Origin: Spirochaetota bacterium
GTDB lineage: Bacteria > Spirochaetota > Spirochaetia > SPDA01 > B32-G16
Assembly: GCA_003645645.1 (NCBI GenBank)
Contig: QNBH01000002.1
Location: 1 to 57,650, forward strand
Length of the DNA: 57,650 nt
Direction of reading: 5' to 3'
Shown here: positions 11,513 to 20,602 of the stretch, piece after piece
Layout: each line of letters opens with the position of its first letter
How positions within the stretch are numbered: the stretch's first letter is position 1
Position numbers and translations under genes: made by a program
Notes under the pieces: model-generated
What the model was told of the DNA's origin: nothing
Seen by the model: only the letters and a program-made list of their open reading frames with translations
Database searches by the model: none

Positions 11513-12873
11513 GGAACCGGAAAATGAAAAGAATATTGGTTGCAGATGATGAAGAAGACATGTGTATGATTCTGAAGATGCTTCTGGAAAACGACGGTTA
11601 TGAAGTGATCACTGCAACTACAGGTAAAGATGTACTGCAATACATCACCGACGGAGGTAAACCAGATCTCATAATAACGGATTTAAAGATGCCCGATATA
11701 CAGGGGACGGAAATACTTAACTTTCTTAACGAAACAGGAAGAGATATTCCCTTGGTTCTCATAACGGCTTACGGAACTATTGAAGTTGCGGTGGAGGCCA
11801 TGAAGAACGGGGCTGTAGATTTTATTACCAAACCCTTTAACAAGGATGTTATAAGGCACATAATACGCAGGATATTCCGTATCGATTCCATGGAAAGGGA
11901 GAACGAGTTCTCCAAGGAGGCCATTCAGGAACGCGAAATAGTCTACATAAGCCCTGCCATGCATGAATTGATGGATACCGTGAAAAAGGTAGCCTGTGTG
12001 AAGACTCCCGTGTTGATTGCAGGCGAGAGCGGTTCCGGCAAAGAGCTAGTGGCAAGAGCTCTCCATTACTACGGGGGCACTACTGGAAGTGATGGGGTTG
12101 ATAGGCCGCTGGTAAGCATAAATTGCCCTACTGTTCCGGAATCCCTGTTTGAAAGTGAGTTGTTTGGTTATCAAAGAGGCGCTTTTACGGGGGCATTGCG
12201 AGATTATCAGGGCAAAATCAGAATGGCCGAAGGCGGCACACTTTTTCTTGATGAAATAGGAGACTTACCCCTTTCCATACAACCAAAGCTGTTGCGTTTC
12301 CTGGAAGAAAAAACCTTCGAACCCTTGGGAAGTAACGTGGAAATAAGAGTGAATACCAGGGTAGTGTGTTCTACAAACAGGGATTTAAGGGCGATGGTCA
12401 AGGAGGGGAAGTTCAGGGAGGATCTCTACTACCGTATAAATGCAATTACCCTTGAGGTTCCACCCCTGAGGGAGAGAAGAGAGGATATTTTGCCCCTTGC
12501 AGAATATTTTATAGAAAAGAATGCTCAGGAAACAGGAAAAGGGAGAAAAACCCTCTCCCATCCGGTTGAAAAACTGTTTAAAAGATACAACTGGCCGGGT
12601 AATGTACGAGAATTGAAAAATGTAATCGAACGCGCCGTGGTCCTCTCCACCGATAAGGAGATAAAGCTTACCCATATACCCTCAGAATTACGCTCCAATT
12701 TCAGTCTCGATAAAGAGGAGTTCTCCTGCAATCGGTTTGACAGCATCGAGAGGCAGCTTCTTCTTGAATCTCTTGAGAAGAACAACTGGAACATCACTGC
12801 CGTTGCGAGAGAGCTCGGAACGACAAGAAGCACAATTCGTTACAGGATAAAAAAATTCGGTATAAAAAAATAG
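11509..12873 (+). CDS. NtrC-family sigma54-dependent response regulator
   Basis: Receiver domain (VADDE, TDLKMP, TAY, KPF), AAA+ motifs GESGSGKE, ESELFG..GAFTGA and WPGNVREL, and a Fis-type HTH. Confidence 0.95.
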   Translation: MRNRKMKRILVADDEEDMCMILKMLLENDGYEVITATTGKDVLQYITDGGKPDLIITDLKMPDIQGTEILNFLNETGRDIPLVLITAYGTIEVAVEAMKNGAVDFITKPFNKDVIRHIIRRIFRIDSMERENEFSKEAIQEREIVYISPAMHELMDTVKKVACVKTPVLIAGESGSGKELVARALHYYGGTTGSDGVDRPLVSINCPTVPESLFESELFGYQRGAFTGALRDYQGKIRMAEGGTLFLDEIGDLPLSIQPKLLRFLEEKTFEPLGSNVEIRVNTRVVCSTNRDLRAMVKEGKFREDLYYRINAITLEVPPLRERREDILPLAEYFIEKNAQETGKGRKTLSHPVEKLFKRYNWPGNVRELKNVIERAVVLSTDKEIKLTHIPSELRSNFSLDKEEFSCNRFDSIERQLLLESLEKNNWNITAVARELGTTRSTIRYRIKKFGIKK

Positions 12874-13089
12874 TTCAAAGGCAATAATCGGAGTGGCTGT
12901 TTTTGTCCGGTAATCGGCTTATATCGTCCGGTTTTATCGAGATTAGAGAAAAATTGTTAGATAAAGTAGAGAGACGGGCAAATCCGAAAAATCAGCGGGA
13001 ACTGAACAAAATAATTAATTTGTATGTCAAGAATTATAAATCATCGTATTCATTCGGTTCCGTAGCCGTAAGACATGAAAGAGATGAGT

Positions 13090-13105
13090 TGGCATAAAAA
13101 TTGCT
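13090..13105 (+). promoter_or_regulatory. sigma54 (-24/-12) promoter of the ABC transporter operon
   Basis: TGGCATAAAAATTGCT with correct GG-N10-GC spacing, between the activator gene and the SBP gene. Confidence 0.85.
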
Positions 13106-13150
13106 TACTGCTAATTAAAACAACTACTTCAAGATTTAAGGAGGAAATCG

Positions 13151-14146
13151 ATGAAAAAGGGTTTAAAGGTTGTTATTTCGTTTTTTCTCATGCTTTTCAT
13201 TGCGGTGTCAGTATTTTCTGCAGGAAAGCAGGAGGCTGTCAAGCCAACAGGAGAGAGGTATAAGTTTTTTGTGGTCTCGCACGGAGGTCCTGCAGATCCA
13301 TTCTGGGGTGTAGTGATGAAGGGGGCGAAGGAGGCTGGAGAGATGTTCAATTGCGATGTTCAGTATCTGGGGCCGGAAAAATTTTCGATCCAGAAACTGG
13401 TGGACATGGTTGAAACAGCAGTTGCAAGCGATCCCGATGGGCTGGTGGTAACTATAACCGATGCGAAGGCGCTGGATCAGCCGCTGAAAGATGCTATCAA
13501 CAAGAAAGGGATTCCGGTTGTAGCCATCAATGTTCCCGATTATCGCCCCTTTGAGGAGCGTATTCCCTATCTTGCTTATGTTGGAGCGGACGACTACAAA
13601 GTAGGTATCGAAGGAGCACGAAGAATGCTTAAGGCCTTTGCCCCCGGTAAACCTGAAAGAGGGGTGGTTTCAATTCATGAGGTAGGTCATGCGGGGCTTG
13701 AGGCTCGTGCCAGAGGCATAACAGAAGTTTTTACAGAAAAGGGGATACCCGTGGAAAAACTTGCCACCTCTCCAAATGCCTCGGAGACCTATCAGGCTGT
13801 GGATGCATATCTCACAAAAAATCCGGATACGGATGCTATTTTCACACTGGGGCCGCTGGACACACATCCTGTATTGAGACTGCGTGAGGAGAAAGGGTTA
13901 CTGGATAAAACCAAACAGGGCGCAGTCGATCTTTCTCCAACAATCATCAAAGCCATAAGAGAGGAGAAACTCCTTTTCACGGTGGAGCAGCAGCAGTATT
14001 TGCAGGGCTATCTTCCTATCGGCTTGCTTGTACTCTATAATAAGTTCGGGCTCATTCCCCATGATGATATCTTAACAGGTCCTGCCATTGTGGATAAAGA
14101 CAATGTGGAAATAGTTGCAGAGATGGTTGAGAAAAATTATAGATAA
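13151..14146 (+). CDS. Sugar (possibly inositol) ABC transporter substrate-binding protein, CUT2 family
   Basis: Signal peptide; VSHGGPADPFW...QQQYLQGY periplasmic-binding type I motifs. Confidence 0.9.
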   Translation: MKKGLKVVISFFLMLFIAVSVFSAGKQEAVKPTGERYKFFVVSHGGPADPFWGVVMKGAKEAGEMFNCDVQYLGPEKFSIQKLVDMVETAVASDPDGLVVTITDAKALDQPLKDAINKKGIPVVAINVPDYRPFEERIPYLAYVGADDYKVGIEGARRMLKAFAPGKPERGVVSIHEVGHAGLEARARGITEVFTEKGIPVEKLATSPNASETYQAVDAYLTKNPDTDAIFTLGPLDTHPVLRLREEKGLLDKTKQGAVDLSPTIIKAIREEKLLFTVEQQQYLQGYLPIGLLVLYNKFGLIPHDDILTGPAIVDKDNVEIVAEMVEKNYR

Positions 14147-14164
14147 AGGCACAATAAAAAACCC

Positions 14165-14328
14165 CGGCAGTGCCAGGAAGATTGTGCTTCTTTAAGATAA
14201 GGGCTCTTTGGGGAGCTTCGCTTACTTCATGCTTCGGGGTTCACAAGACTGCCATACAGCATGAGGTGCAGGGAGCTCCCCGAGTAAAATTCTTCTATAT
14301 AGGAAGCACAAAATCCGTGGCACTACCG
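14165..14328 (+). other. Long imperfect inverted repeat (~165-nt hairpin) between the SBP and permease genes
   Basis: Nested complementary blocks: CGGCAGTGCCA/TGGCACTACCG, TTGTGCTTC/GAAGCACAA, GGGGAGCT/AGCTCCCC and CTTCATGCT/AGCATGAGG. Confidence 0.8.
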
Positions 14329-14361
14329 ATAAAATAAATATCACACAGGGTTAAAGGGAAA

Positions 14362-15333
14362 ATGAAAGGCGGAATACGGCTTTTTTATAGCAGACTTTTA
14401 AGGGTTAAAGAGATAGGGTCACTTTCGGGTCTGCTGATAATAATAATTATTTTTTCTCTTCTTTCCGGAAAATTCCTCACAAGAGAGAACTTTATAGGAA
14501 TTTTCACCATCACCTCTGAGCTCGGGATAATAGCCATAGGGGTGTGCTTCCTCATGATTGCAGGAGAGTTTGACCTCTCGGTAGGTTCTGTGTTTGCTGT
14601 CGCTCCAATGATCGGTGCCCTGCTTGGAAAAATCGGTGTACCGATGGTGGGAGCATTTTTCGTCAGTCTTTTTGCCTCTGCTGTAATCGGTTATTTTAAC
14701 GGACTCATTGTAATAAAAACAGGGATTCCCTCCTTTATAGTGACCCTTGGAGCGATGATGTTTTACCGGGGCGTCTTGCTTGCTGTATCCGGGGGGTTCA
14801 CTATTACTTTTATGGGCGAAGATACCGCCTTTCTCGATGCCCTTGGAGGAAAGATCTTTATGGGCATGAGGGCATCGGGAATATGGTTTATAGCTGCAAC
14901 CATTATTTTTTCCATAGTCCTGAATAACACCAAATACGGTAATCACGTTTTTGCAGTGGGAGGTAATCCGGGGACGGCAAAAGCTCTTGGCATCAATGTG
15001 AACAGGGTAAAGTTAATCAACTTTGTGCTCTGTTCGGTTATGGCCGGACTGGCAGGTTTTACAATGTTTGGTCGTTTTCACAGCATCGATCCTACTGCAG
15101 GCAGTCTCCATGAGCTCGAAGCAATCGCCTCGGCGGTAATCGGCGGGGCTCTGCTTACAGGAGGTTACGGCAGCATAGTGGGCGCTTTTATTGGGGCGTT
15201 TCTAATAGGTGTTATGAGAAGCGGATTGATCCTTGCCGGTGCGCCATCCTACTGGTACCAGGGATTTATCGGGGTGGTTCTGGTTATCTCTGTTATAATC
15301 AATACAAAAATAAGAAAGGCGGTGGCAGGATGA
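14362..15333 (+). CDS. Sugar ABC transporter permease (RbsC-like)
   Basis: GEFDLSVGS, IPSFIVTLG, AVGGN and ELEAIASAVIGG motifs. Confidence 0.93.
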   Translation: MKGGIRLFYSRLLRVKEIGSLSGLLIIIIIFSLLSGKFLTRENFIGIFTITSELGIIAIGVCFLMIAGEFDLSVGSVFAVAPMIGALLGKIGVPMVGAFFVSLFASAVIGYFNGLIVIKTGIPSFIVTLGAMMFYRGVLLAVSGGFTITFMGEDTAFLDALGGKIFMGMRASGIWFIAATIIFSIVLNNTKYGNHVFAVGGNPGTAKALGINVNRVKLINFVLCSVMAGLAGFTMFGRFHSIDPTAGSLHELEAIASAVIGGALLTGGYGSIVGAFIGAFLIGVMRSGLILAGAPSYWYQGFIGVVLVISVIINTKIRKAVAG

Positions 15334-16118
15334 CGGGTGCAGCGAGTATTACTCAGGAAGAAAGAGATAAAAAAATAAGGGAATACCTGGTATATATGGA
15401 AAACGTAACCGTCCGTTTCGGTAAGGTGGTTGCTCTCAGGGATGTCAACTTTTCCGTTAAAAAGAACGAAGTGGTGGGTCTTCTTGGGGATAATGGTGCT
15501 GGTAAATCCACTCTTATCAAGGCGTTGAATGGATATCACCAGGTCGATGGGGGGGAGATTTACTTTAACGGAGAGAGAACAAATTTCCAATCCCCAAGGG
15601 ATGCCAGGGATGTTGGGATAGAGACCGCATACCAGGATCTGGCTCTGGTTAATCTCATGAGCATATCCAGAAACTTTTTTCTGGGAAGGGAGCTTGTGAT
15701 GGGGAACCGATTCTTTAAGTTTCTGGATAAACGGAAGATGGATGAAGTGGCGGCACACTCCCTGGCAGAGGTTGGTTTGCGAAATATCCGGGAAATGCAT
15801 GAAACTGTCAACTTCCTCTCCGGCGGAGAACGGCAGGCTATAGCGATCGGGAGGGCCAGCTACTTTGGCGCTAAACTCCTTATTCTGGATGAGCCCACCG
15901 CCGCGCTGTCCGTAGCAGAAACGGAATGGGTCTTGCGGCTGGTTAGCGAAGCAAAAGAGAAGGGTCTTTCGGTAATTATTATAACTCACAACGCCTATGA
16001 AGCCTATGAAGTATCCGACCGTTTTGTGGTTCTTCAGCACGGAAAGAACTATGCGGATTTAAAACGGGAGGAGACAAACGCCAAAGAACTTATCGAAGTG
16101 ATCGCCGGCAGAAAATAG
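15330..16118 (+). CDS. Sugar ABC transporter ATP-binding protein (single NBD)
   Basis: GDNGAGKST, LSGGERQ, ILDEP and ITH motifs. Confidence 0.95.
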   Translation: MTGAASITQEERDKKIREYLVYMENVTVRFGKVVALRDVNFSVKKNEVVGLLGDNGAGKSTLIKALNGYHQVDGGEIYFNGERTNFQSPRDARDVGIETAYQDLALVNLMSISRNFFLGRELVMGNRFFKFLDKRKMDEVAAHSLAEVGLRNIREMHETVNFLSGGERQAIAIGRASYFGAKLLILDEPTAALSVAETEWVLRLVSEAKEKGLSVIIITHNAYEAYEVSDRFVVLQHGKNYADLKREETNAKELIEVIAGRK

Positions 16119-16373
16119 AATAACACAAAAGATAATCCTTCACATTTTTAATAATCATCCTCAGATTAAGTAATTCGGTTTTTATAAAAGAGCGAACTAC
16201 ACAGTGATAAGTTATAAGAAATTTAAAAAAAATCTCGAAAAGTTGTAGTTTTATGCTTGACAAATCAAAAAATATTGTATAATAAAAATAAATTTTATAT
16301 TATAAAACTTTAATAACTTAAACAAAATTTGGGAGATTCAATATTGCTTTCTCCCGAAAAAGGAGGATTGATT

Positions 16374-16667
16374 ATGAAAAAACTGATTTTTTTGTTGGCT
16401 CTGGTGTCTCTCCTTTCTTCTTATATTATTGCAGAGGGGCAATCGGAGGGAGTTTCGGAAGAGGGTAAGGTTTATATTTTTAAGTATGCCAATGCCCAGT
16501 CTCCAAACCATCCGCGCAGCAAGTCGATGGTACTGTTTAAAGAACAGTTGGAGAAAGCCAGCAATGGCCGCATCAAGGTAGAGCTTTTTTTCTCCGGTGT
16601 GCTGGGGAAAGAGGCGGAAGTTCTTTATAGAATATTTTGCTTATCAGCCTGTTCGTTTTTCTTTTGA
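16374..16667 (+). pseudogene. Truncated TRAP substrate-binding protein (DctP N-terminus)
   Basis: AGGAGG RBS, signal peptide and HPRSKSMVLFKEQLEKASNGRIKVELFFSGVLGKEAEVL, followed by an abrupt end. Confidence 0.8.
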
Positions 16668-17905
16668 TGGGTATACCCATAGCTTATTCTCTGGGGTTAT
16701 CCGCATTTTGTTACTTTTCCATTATTCATCCCGAACTATTACCCGTTTTACCTCAACGTCTTTTTGCAGGGATGAACTCATATGCAATGATAGCCCTTCC
16801 TCTCTTTATTACCATGGGTTTGTTAATGAACAAAGGGGGAATTACATCGCGGCTGATAGACTTCAGTATGCTCTTTGTTAGAAGATTTCGCGGAGGTCTG
16901 GGCGCGGTTAATGTTCTTGCCTCTATGATCTTCGGGGGGATTTCTGGCTCATCGGTTTCCGATACTGCCTCAATAGGCGCTGTACTTATTCCCGAGATGA
17001 AAGATCGCGGCTATACAGCGGAGTTTGCAAGCGGGATTACCGTAGCTTCCTCTACCATGGGGATGATTCTCCCTCCCAGTGTTCCCATGGTGATCTATGC
17101 ACTTGTAGCCGAAGAATCTGTGGGCAAGCTCTTTCTCGGTAGTGCTATTCCTGGCATCATGATCGGTTTAATCATGCTTGAGATCATAATGGCAATATCT
17201 TACTGGCAAAACTATCCCAGGGAAGAGGTGAGTCTCAGTACAAAAGAGCAATTCGTACGGGTTCGAAAATCTATTCTTGCTATAATTATGCCCGTATTTG
17301 TCGTAGGTTCTGTGGTATTCGGCATAGCAACGGCCACTGAATCGGCCGGTGTTGGGATACTTTATGCGCTCATTATAGGGCTTTTTGTAACTCGCGGCCT
17401 GAAGCTACAAAATATACCGCCAGTTCTTAAATCGGCGATTATCACAAGTGCAACTGTGATGATAATCATTGCTCTATCACAAATGTACGTCCGGATACTG
17501 GCAATTGAGCGGATTCCTGAAGCAGTCGCATTGTTTGTTACATCGCTAAACTTACCCGGTGTTTTAATTTTTCTCTGTATTGATATTATTATATTGCTTA
17601 CAGGAACCTTTGTAGATGTAAGCCCAGCAATACTTCTGCTCACTCCTGTGTTTTTATCTGCGGCTCAAGCCCTTGGTATATCATCCGTACAGTTTGGTGC
17701 AATTCTAATTACAGGGCTTGCAATCGGCCTGGTAACACCTTCGGTAGGGATGTGTCTCAATGCAGGCTCGGCGATTTCGAGATTAAGTATCGGCAGGATA
17801 TTCAAGGCCTCAATACCCTTTTTACTTGCCAATATAATTACCCTTGTTTTAATAACACTTCTGCCCCCGCTGAGCTTATGGTTACCCGGATTGTTGATGA
17901 AATAA
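16637..17905 (+). CDS. dctM: TRAP transporter large permease (DctM); native start probably lost
   Basis: GIPIAYSLG, ALPLFI, FGGISGSS, PPSVPM and GLVTP motifs; no RBS, and no dctQ upstream. Confidence 0.85.
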   Translation: MLISLFVFLLMGIPIAYSLGLSAFCYFSIIHPELLPVLPQRLFAGMNSYAMIALPLFITMGLLMNKGGITSRLIDFSMLFVRRFRGGLGAVNVLASMIFGGISGSSVSDTASIGAVLIPEMKDRGYTAEFASGITVASSTMGMILPPSVPMVIYALVAEESVGKLFLGSAIPGIMIGLIMLEIIMAISYWQNYPREEVSLSTKEQFVRVRKSILAIIMPVFVVGSVVFGIATATESAGVGILYALIIGLFVTRGLKLQNIPPVLKSAIITSATVMIIIALSQMYVRILAIERIPEAVALFVTSLNLPGVLIFLCIDIIILLTGTFVDVSPAILLLTPVFLSAAQALGISSVQFGAILITGLAIGLVTPSVGMCLNAGSAISRLSIGRIFKASIPFLLANIITLVLITLLPPLSLWLPGLLMK

Positions 17906-17929
17906 ACTTAATTAAAAGAGGGATATATT

Positions 17930-18760
17930 ATGGAAATCATACATGCAGTGCATCCAGAGCAGATGAAGAGCTTTGACACAAAACAACTCAGGAAGAACTT
18001 TCTCGTTCGGGAGCTGTTTGTACCTGATAAAGTACGAATGGTTTATAGTTATTACGACCGCCTGATCGTGGGTGGGGTTCAGCCTGCTTCAACCCTTAAG
18101 CTGAAAGTTGATGAGCGGATTATAGGTTCAAAATATCTTCTTAACCGTCGTGAGATGGGTATTATCAATATAGGTGCCGAAGGGTCTGTAACAGTAGATG
18201 ATAATGAATACAAACTTGGTAATAAAGATGGGTTATATATAGGTATGGGCGCCAGAGAGGTAGACTTTAGCACTGCTAAACTGGAAAACCCTGCAAAGTT
18301 TTATTTTCTTTGCACACCAGCTCACAAAAGTTATCCTACTACCAGTATATCGATTAAAGAGACGACACCGTTAAATCTTGGATCTTATGAACAGAGTAAC
18401 AGGAGAACTATTTATAAATATATTCACCCGGAGGGTATTCGCAGTTGCCAGTTGGTAATGGGTTTGACGGTTCTGGAACCCAATAATGTCTGGAATACAA
18501 TGCCCACTCATACTCACGCAAGGCGCATAGAAGTGTATTTTTATTTTGATTTCCCCAATGAAGATTTAGTTATGCATTTTATGGGCACCCCCAAGGAGAC
18601 CAGACATCTTATTATGCGAAGCGAAGAGGCAGTACTATCCCCTAGCTGGTCCATCCATTCAGGTGTAGGAACGAGAAACTATTCATTTATCTGGGGCATG
18701 GCAGGCGAGAATCAAATTTTCTCAGACATGGACGATGTACCCATGAGCTCTCTCTTATAG
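17930..18760 (+). CDS. kduI: 5-dehydro-4-deoxy-D-glucuronate isomerase
   Basis: SCQLVMGLT, WNTMPTHTH.RR.EVY, SPSWSIHSG and WGMAGENQ motifs. Confidence 0.96.
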   Translation: MEIIHAVHPEQMKSFDTKQLRKNFLVRELFVPDKVRMVYSYYDRLIVGGVQPASTLKLKVDERIIGSKYLLNRREMGIINIGAEGSVTVDDNEYKLGNKDGLYIGMGAREVDFSTAKLENPAKFYFLCTPAHKSYPTTSISIKETTPLNLGSYEQSNRRTIYKYIHPEGIRSCQLVMGLTVLEPNNVWNTMPTHTHARRIEVYFYFDFPNEDLVMHFMGTPKETRHLIMRSEEAVLSPSWSIHSGVGTRNYSFIWGMAGENQIFSDMDDVPMSSLL

Positions 18761-18848
18761 GTGGACTCCTCATGACCCTACGGGACAACTAAAACAATGA
18801 AAATAGGCCCTTACAGGGCGGATTAAATTTTCCGAGGAGGAAAATGCG

Positions 18849-19613
18849 ATGGTGGTAGAAAAATTCAAACTCGATGGCAAGGTTGCCATAGTTACAGGTT
18901 CTGGTACCGGCCTGGGAGAGGCAATGGCGGTCGGACTCGCCGAAGCAGGTGCTGATATTGTCGGAGTATATAGGTCTCATTTTCCGGATAAGGCAAAATC
19001 AGAAATCGAAACGCTGAGGCGTAATTTTTTACCTGTAAAGGCGGATTTGCTTACCATCGAGCCTGTCAAAAGGATTATAGAGAGTGCTATATCACGGTTT
19101 GGGAAGCTTGACATTCTTGTAAATAATGCAGGTATCATCCGTCGCTCACCCTCTTTAGAGTACAGTGAAAAGGACTGGGATGATGTTATGAGTATAAACT
19201 TAAAATCTCTTTTTTTCCTATGCCAGGCTGCTGCAAAACAGTTTTTAAAACAGGGTACTGGGGGTAAAATCGTCAACATAGCCTCACTGCTCTCTTTCCA
19301 GGGGGGTATTCTAATACCTCCCTATACAGCCAGCAAAAGCGGTGTGCGGGGATTAACTCAATTGCTGGCAAACGAGTGGGCACGGCACAACATCAATGTG
19401 AACGCCATCGCACCGGGATATATGGCTACAAGCAATACCGAGCCTTTACGCAAAGATCCAAAGCGAAGTCAGTCTATACTGGAAAGAATACCGGCAGGAC
19501 GCTGGGGTATACCGGAGGATCTGAAGGGAGTGGTTGTCTTTCTATCTTCGGAAGCATCGGACTATATAAATGGTTTTACCATAGCCATTGACGGCGGATG
19601 GCTGGGCCGTTAA
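18849..19613 (+). CDS. kduD: 2-dehydro-3-deoxy-D-gluconate 5-dehydrogenase (SDR)
   Basis: TGSGTGLG, NNAG, ASLLSFQGG, YTASK, NAIAPGY and DGGWL motifs; follows kduI. Confidence 0.92.
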   Translation: MVVEKFKLDGKVAIVTGSGTGLGEAMAVGLAEAGADIVGVYRSHFPDKAKSEIETLRRNFLPVKADLLTIEPVKRIIESAISRFGKLDILVNNAGIIRRSPSLEYSEKDWDDVMSINLKSLFFLCQAAAKQFLKQGTGGKIVNIASLLSFQGGILIPPYTASKSGVRGLTQLLANEWARHNINVNAIAPGYMATSNTEPLRKDPKRSQSILERIPAGRWGIPEDLKGVVVFLSSEASDYINGFTIAIDGGWLGR

Positions 19614-19661
19614 GTTTTTTTATCTCTTGATTTTTCGGAATTAAAAAGATAATTTTACTTT

Positions 19662-20417
19662 ATGAAAGTTCAATCTCTCGATCGTGCCTTCGATATCCTC
19701 GAGCTTTTATCCCGGGAACAACACGGACTTAAACTTACCGAGATAGGAAAGCGTCTCGAGCTTCATAAAAGCACGGTACACCGTCTGTTAAATGCATTAA
19801 AGCAGAGGGGATATATAGAGAAAACGTCCAGGGGGAGTTACCGGCTGGGGATGGAGTTTATCGAATTAACCAGTCTTTATCTTAACAATTTGGAGCTTAA
19901 AACCGAAGCTCAGCCCATAATGCGGGAACTATCAGCTGCAACCGGTAATACTTCCTTTCTGGCTATTCTTCAGGAAAATGAAGTAGTGTATATCGATAAA
20001 ATGGAGACTCATAACAGCCTTAGAAAGTATTCTATTATTGGCAAACGCGCGCCCCTGCACTGTACAGCTCTGGGGAAATCGCTTCTAACAGGAATGACGG
20101 AAGAACAGATAAGGAAAATGTACAAAAGTGGGGGAATTAAGGCTTTTACAGATAAAACAATTGTGTCATTGGATACCTTACTTAAAGAAATCGAAAGGAC
20201 CCGGCAAAGAGGTTGGAGTCTGGATGATGAAGAATATGAACAGGGTATTCGCTGCATAGGTGCACCCATTCGCGATTATAGAGGTGAGGTTATCGCTGCG
20301 GTGAGCACTTCAGGATATGTATCGGTAATCACTTACGATCGAATCGAAGAGATTGCTGGTCATGTAACCAGGGCTTCTAAAGATATTTCTTTGCGTATGG
20401 GGTACAAAATAGATTAA
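19662..20417 (+). CDS. IclR-family (KdgR-like) regulator
   Basis: VQSLDRAFDIL, LHKSTVHRLL, PLHCTALGK and DDEE..GIRCIGAPI motifs. Confidence 0.93.
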   Translation: MKVQSLDRAFDILELLSREQHGLKLTEIGKRLELHKSTVHRLLNALKQRGYIEKTSRGSYRLGMEFIELTSLYLNNLELKTEAQPIMRELSAATGNTSFLAILQENEVVYIDKMETHNSLRKYSIIGKRAPLHCTALGKSLLTGMTEEQIRKMYKSGGIKAFTDKTIVSLDTLLKEIERTRQRGWSLDDEEYEQGIRCIGAPIRDYRGEVIAAVSTSGYVSVITYDRIEEIAGHVTRASKDISLRMGYKID

Positions 20418-20471
20418 ATAATTCTTTGATAGTTCCGGAATACAATGCTTAAGCACTTTTTAATTTTTATT

Positions 20472-20547
20472 TAGTCGCCCATGCCGCTGCGCGGCAACCG
20501 AAACGATGAAAATGGCTAATCGGTCATTGTGGTATATTTTCGTAATA
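20472..20547 (-). repeat. 76-bp dispersed repeat, copy 2 (inverted relative to copy 1)
   Basis: Reverse complement matches 10028-10103 at 63/76. Confidence 0.9.
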
Positions 20548-20564
20548 AAAATAATAAAAAACAC

Positions 20565-20593
20565 TTGAAAAGATTGCAAACGTTTGCTATTAT
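20565..20593 (+). promoter_or_regulatory. sigma70 promoter with an embedded LacI-type operator
   Basis: TTGAAA-N17-TATTAT, with the palindrome GCAAACGTTTGC (20576-20587) in the spacer. Confidence 0.75.
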
Positions 20594-20602
20594 TACTACA
20601 AT

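Noticed and set aside
12903-13263. Short ORFs between the NtrC regulator and the SBP gene
   Set aside because: They overlap the sigma54 promoter/enhancer region and have no RBS or motifs.
15249-16040. 263-aa minus-strand ORF, and the many other short antisense or alternate-frame ORFs in the track
   Set aside because: They are shadows of well-supported genes and carry no recognisable motifs.
16257-16283. TTGACA...TATAAT upstream of dctP
   Set aside because: The spacer is only 15 nt. It may still be a promoter but is not supportable as a consensus call.
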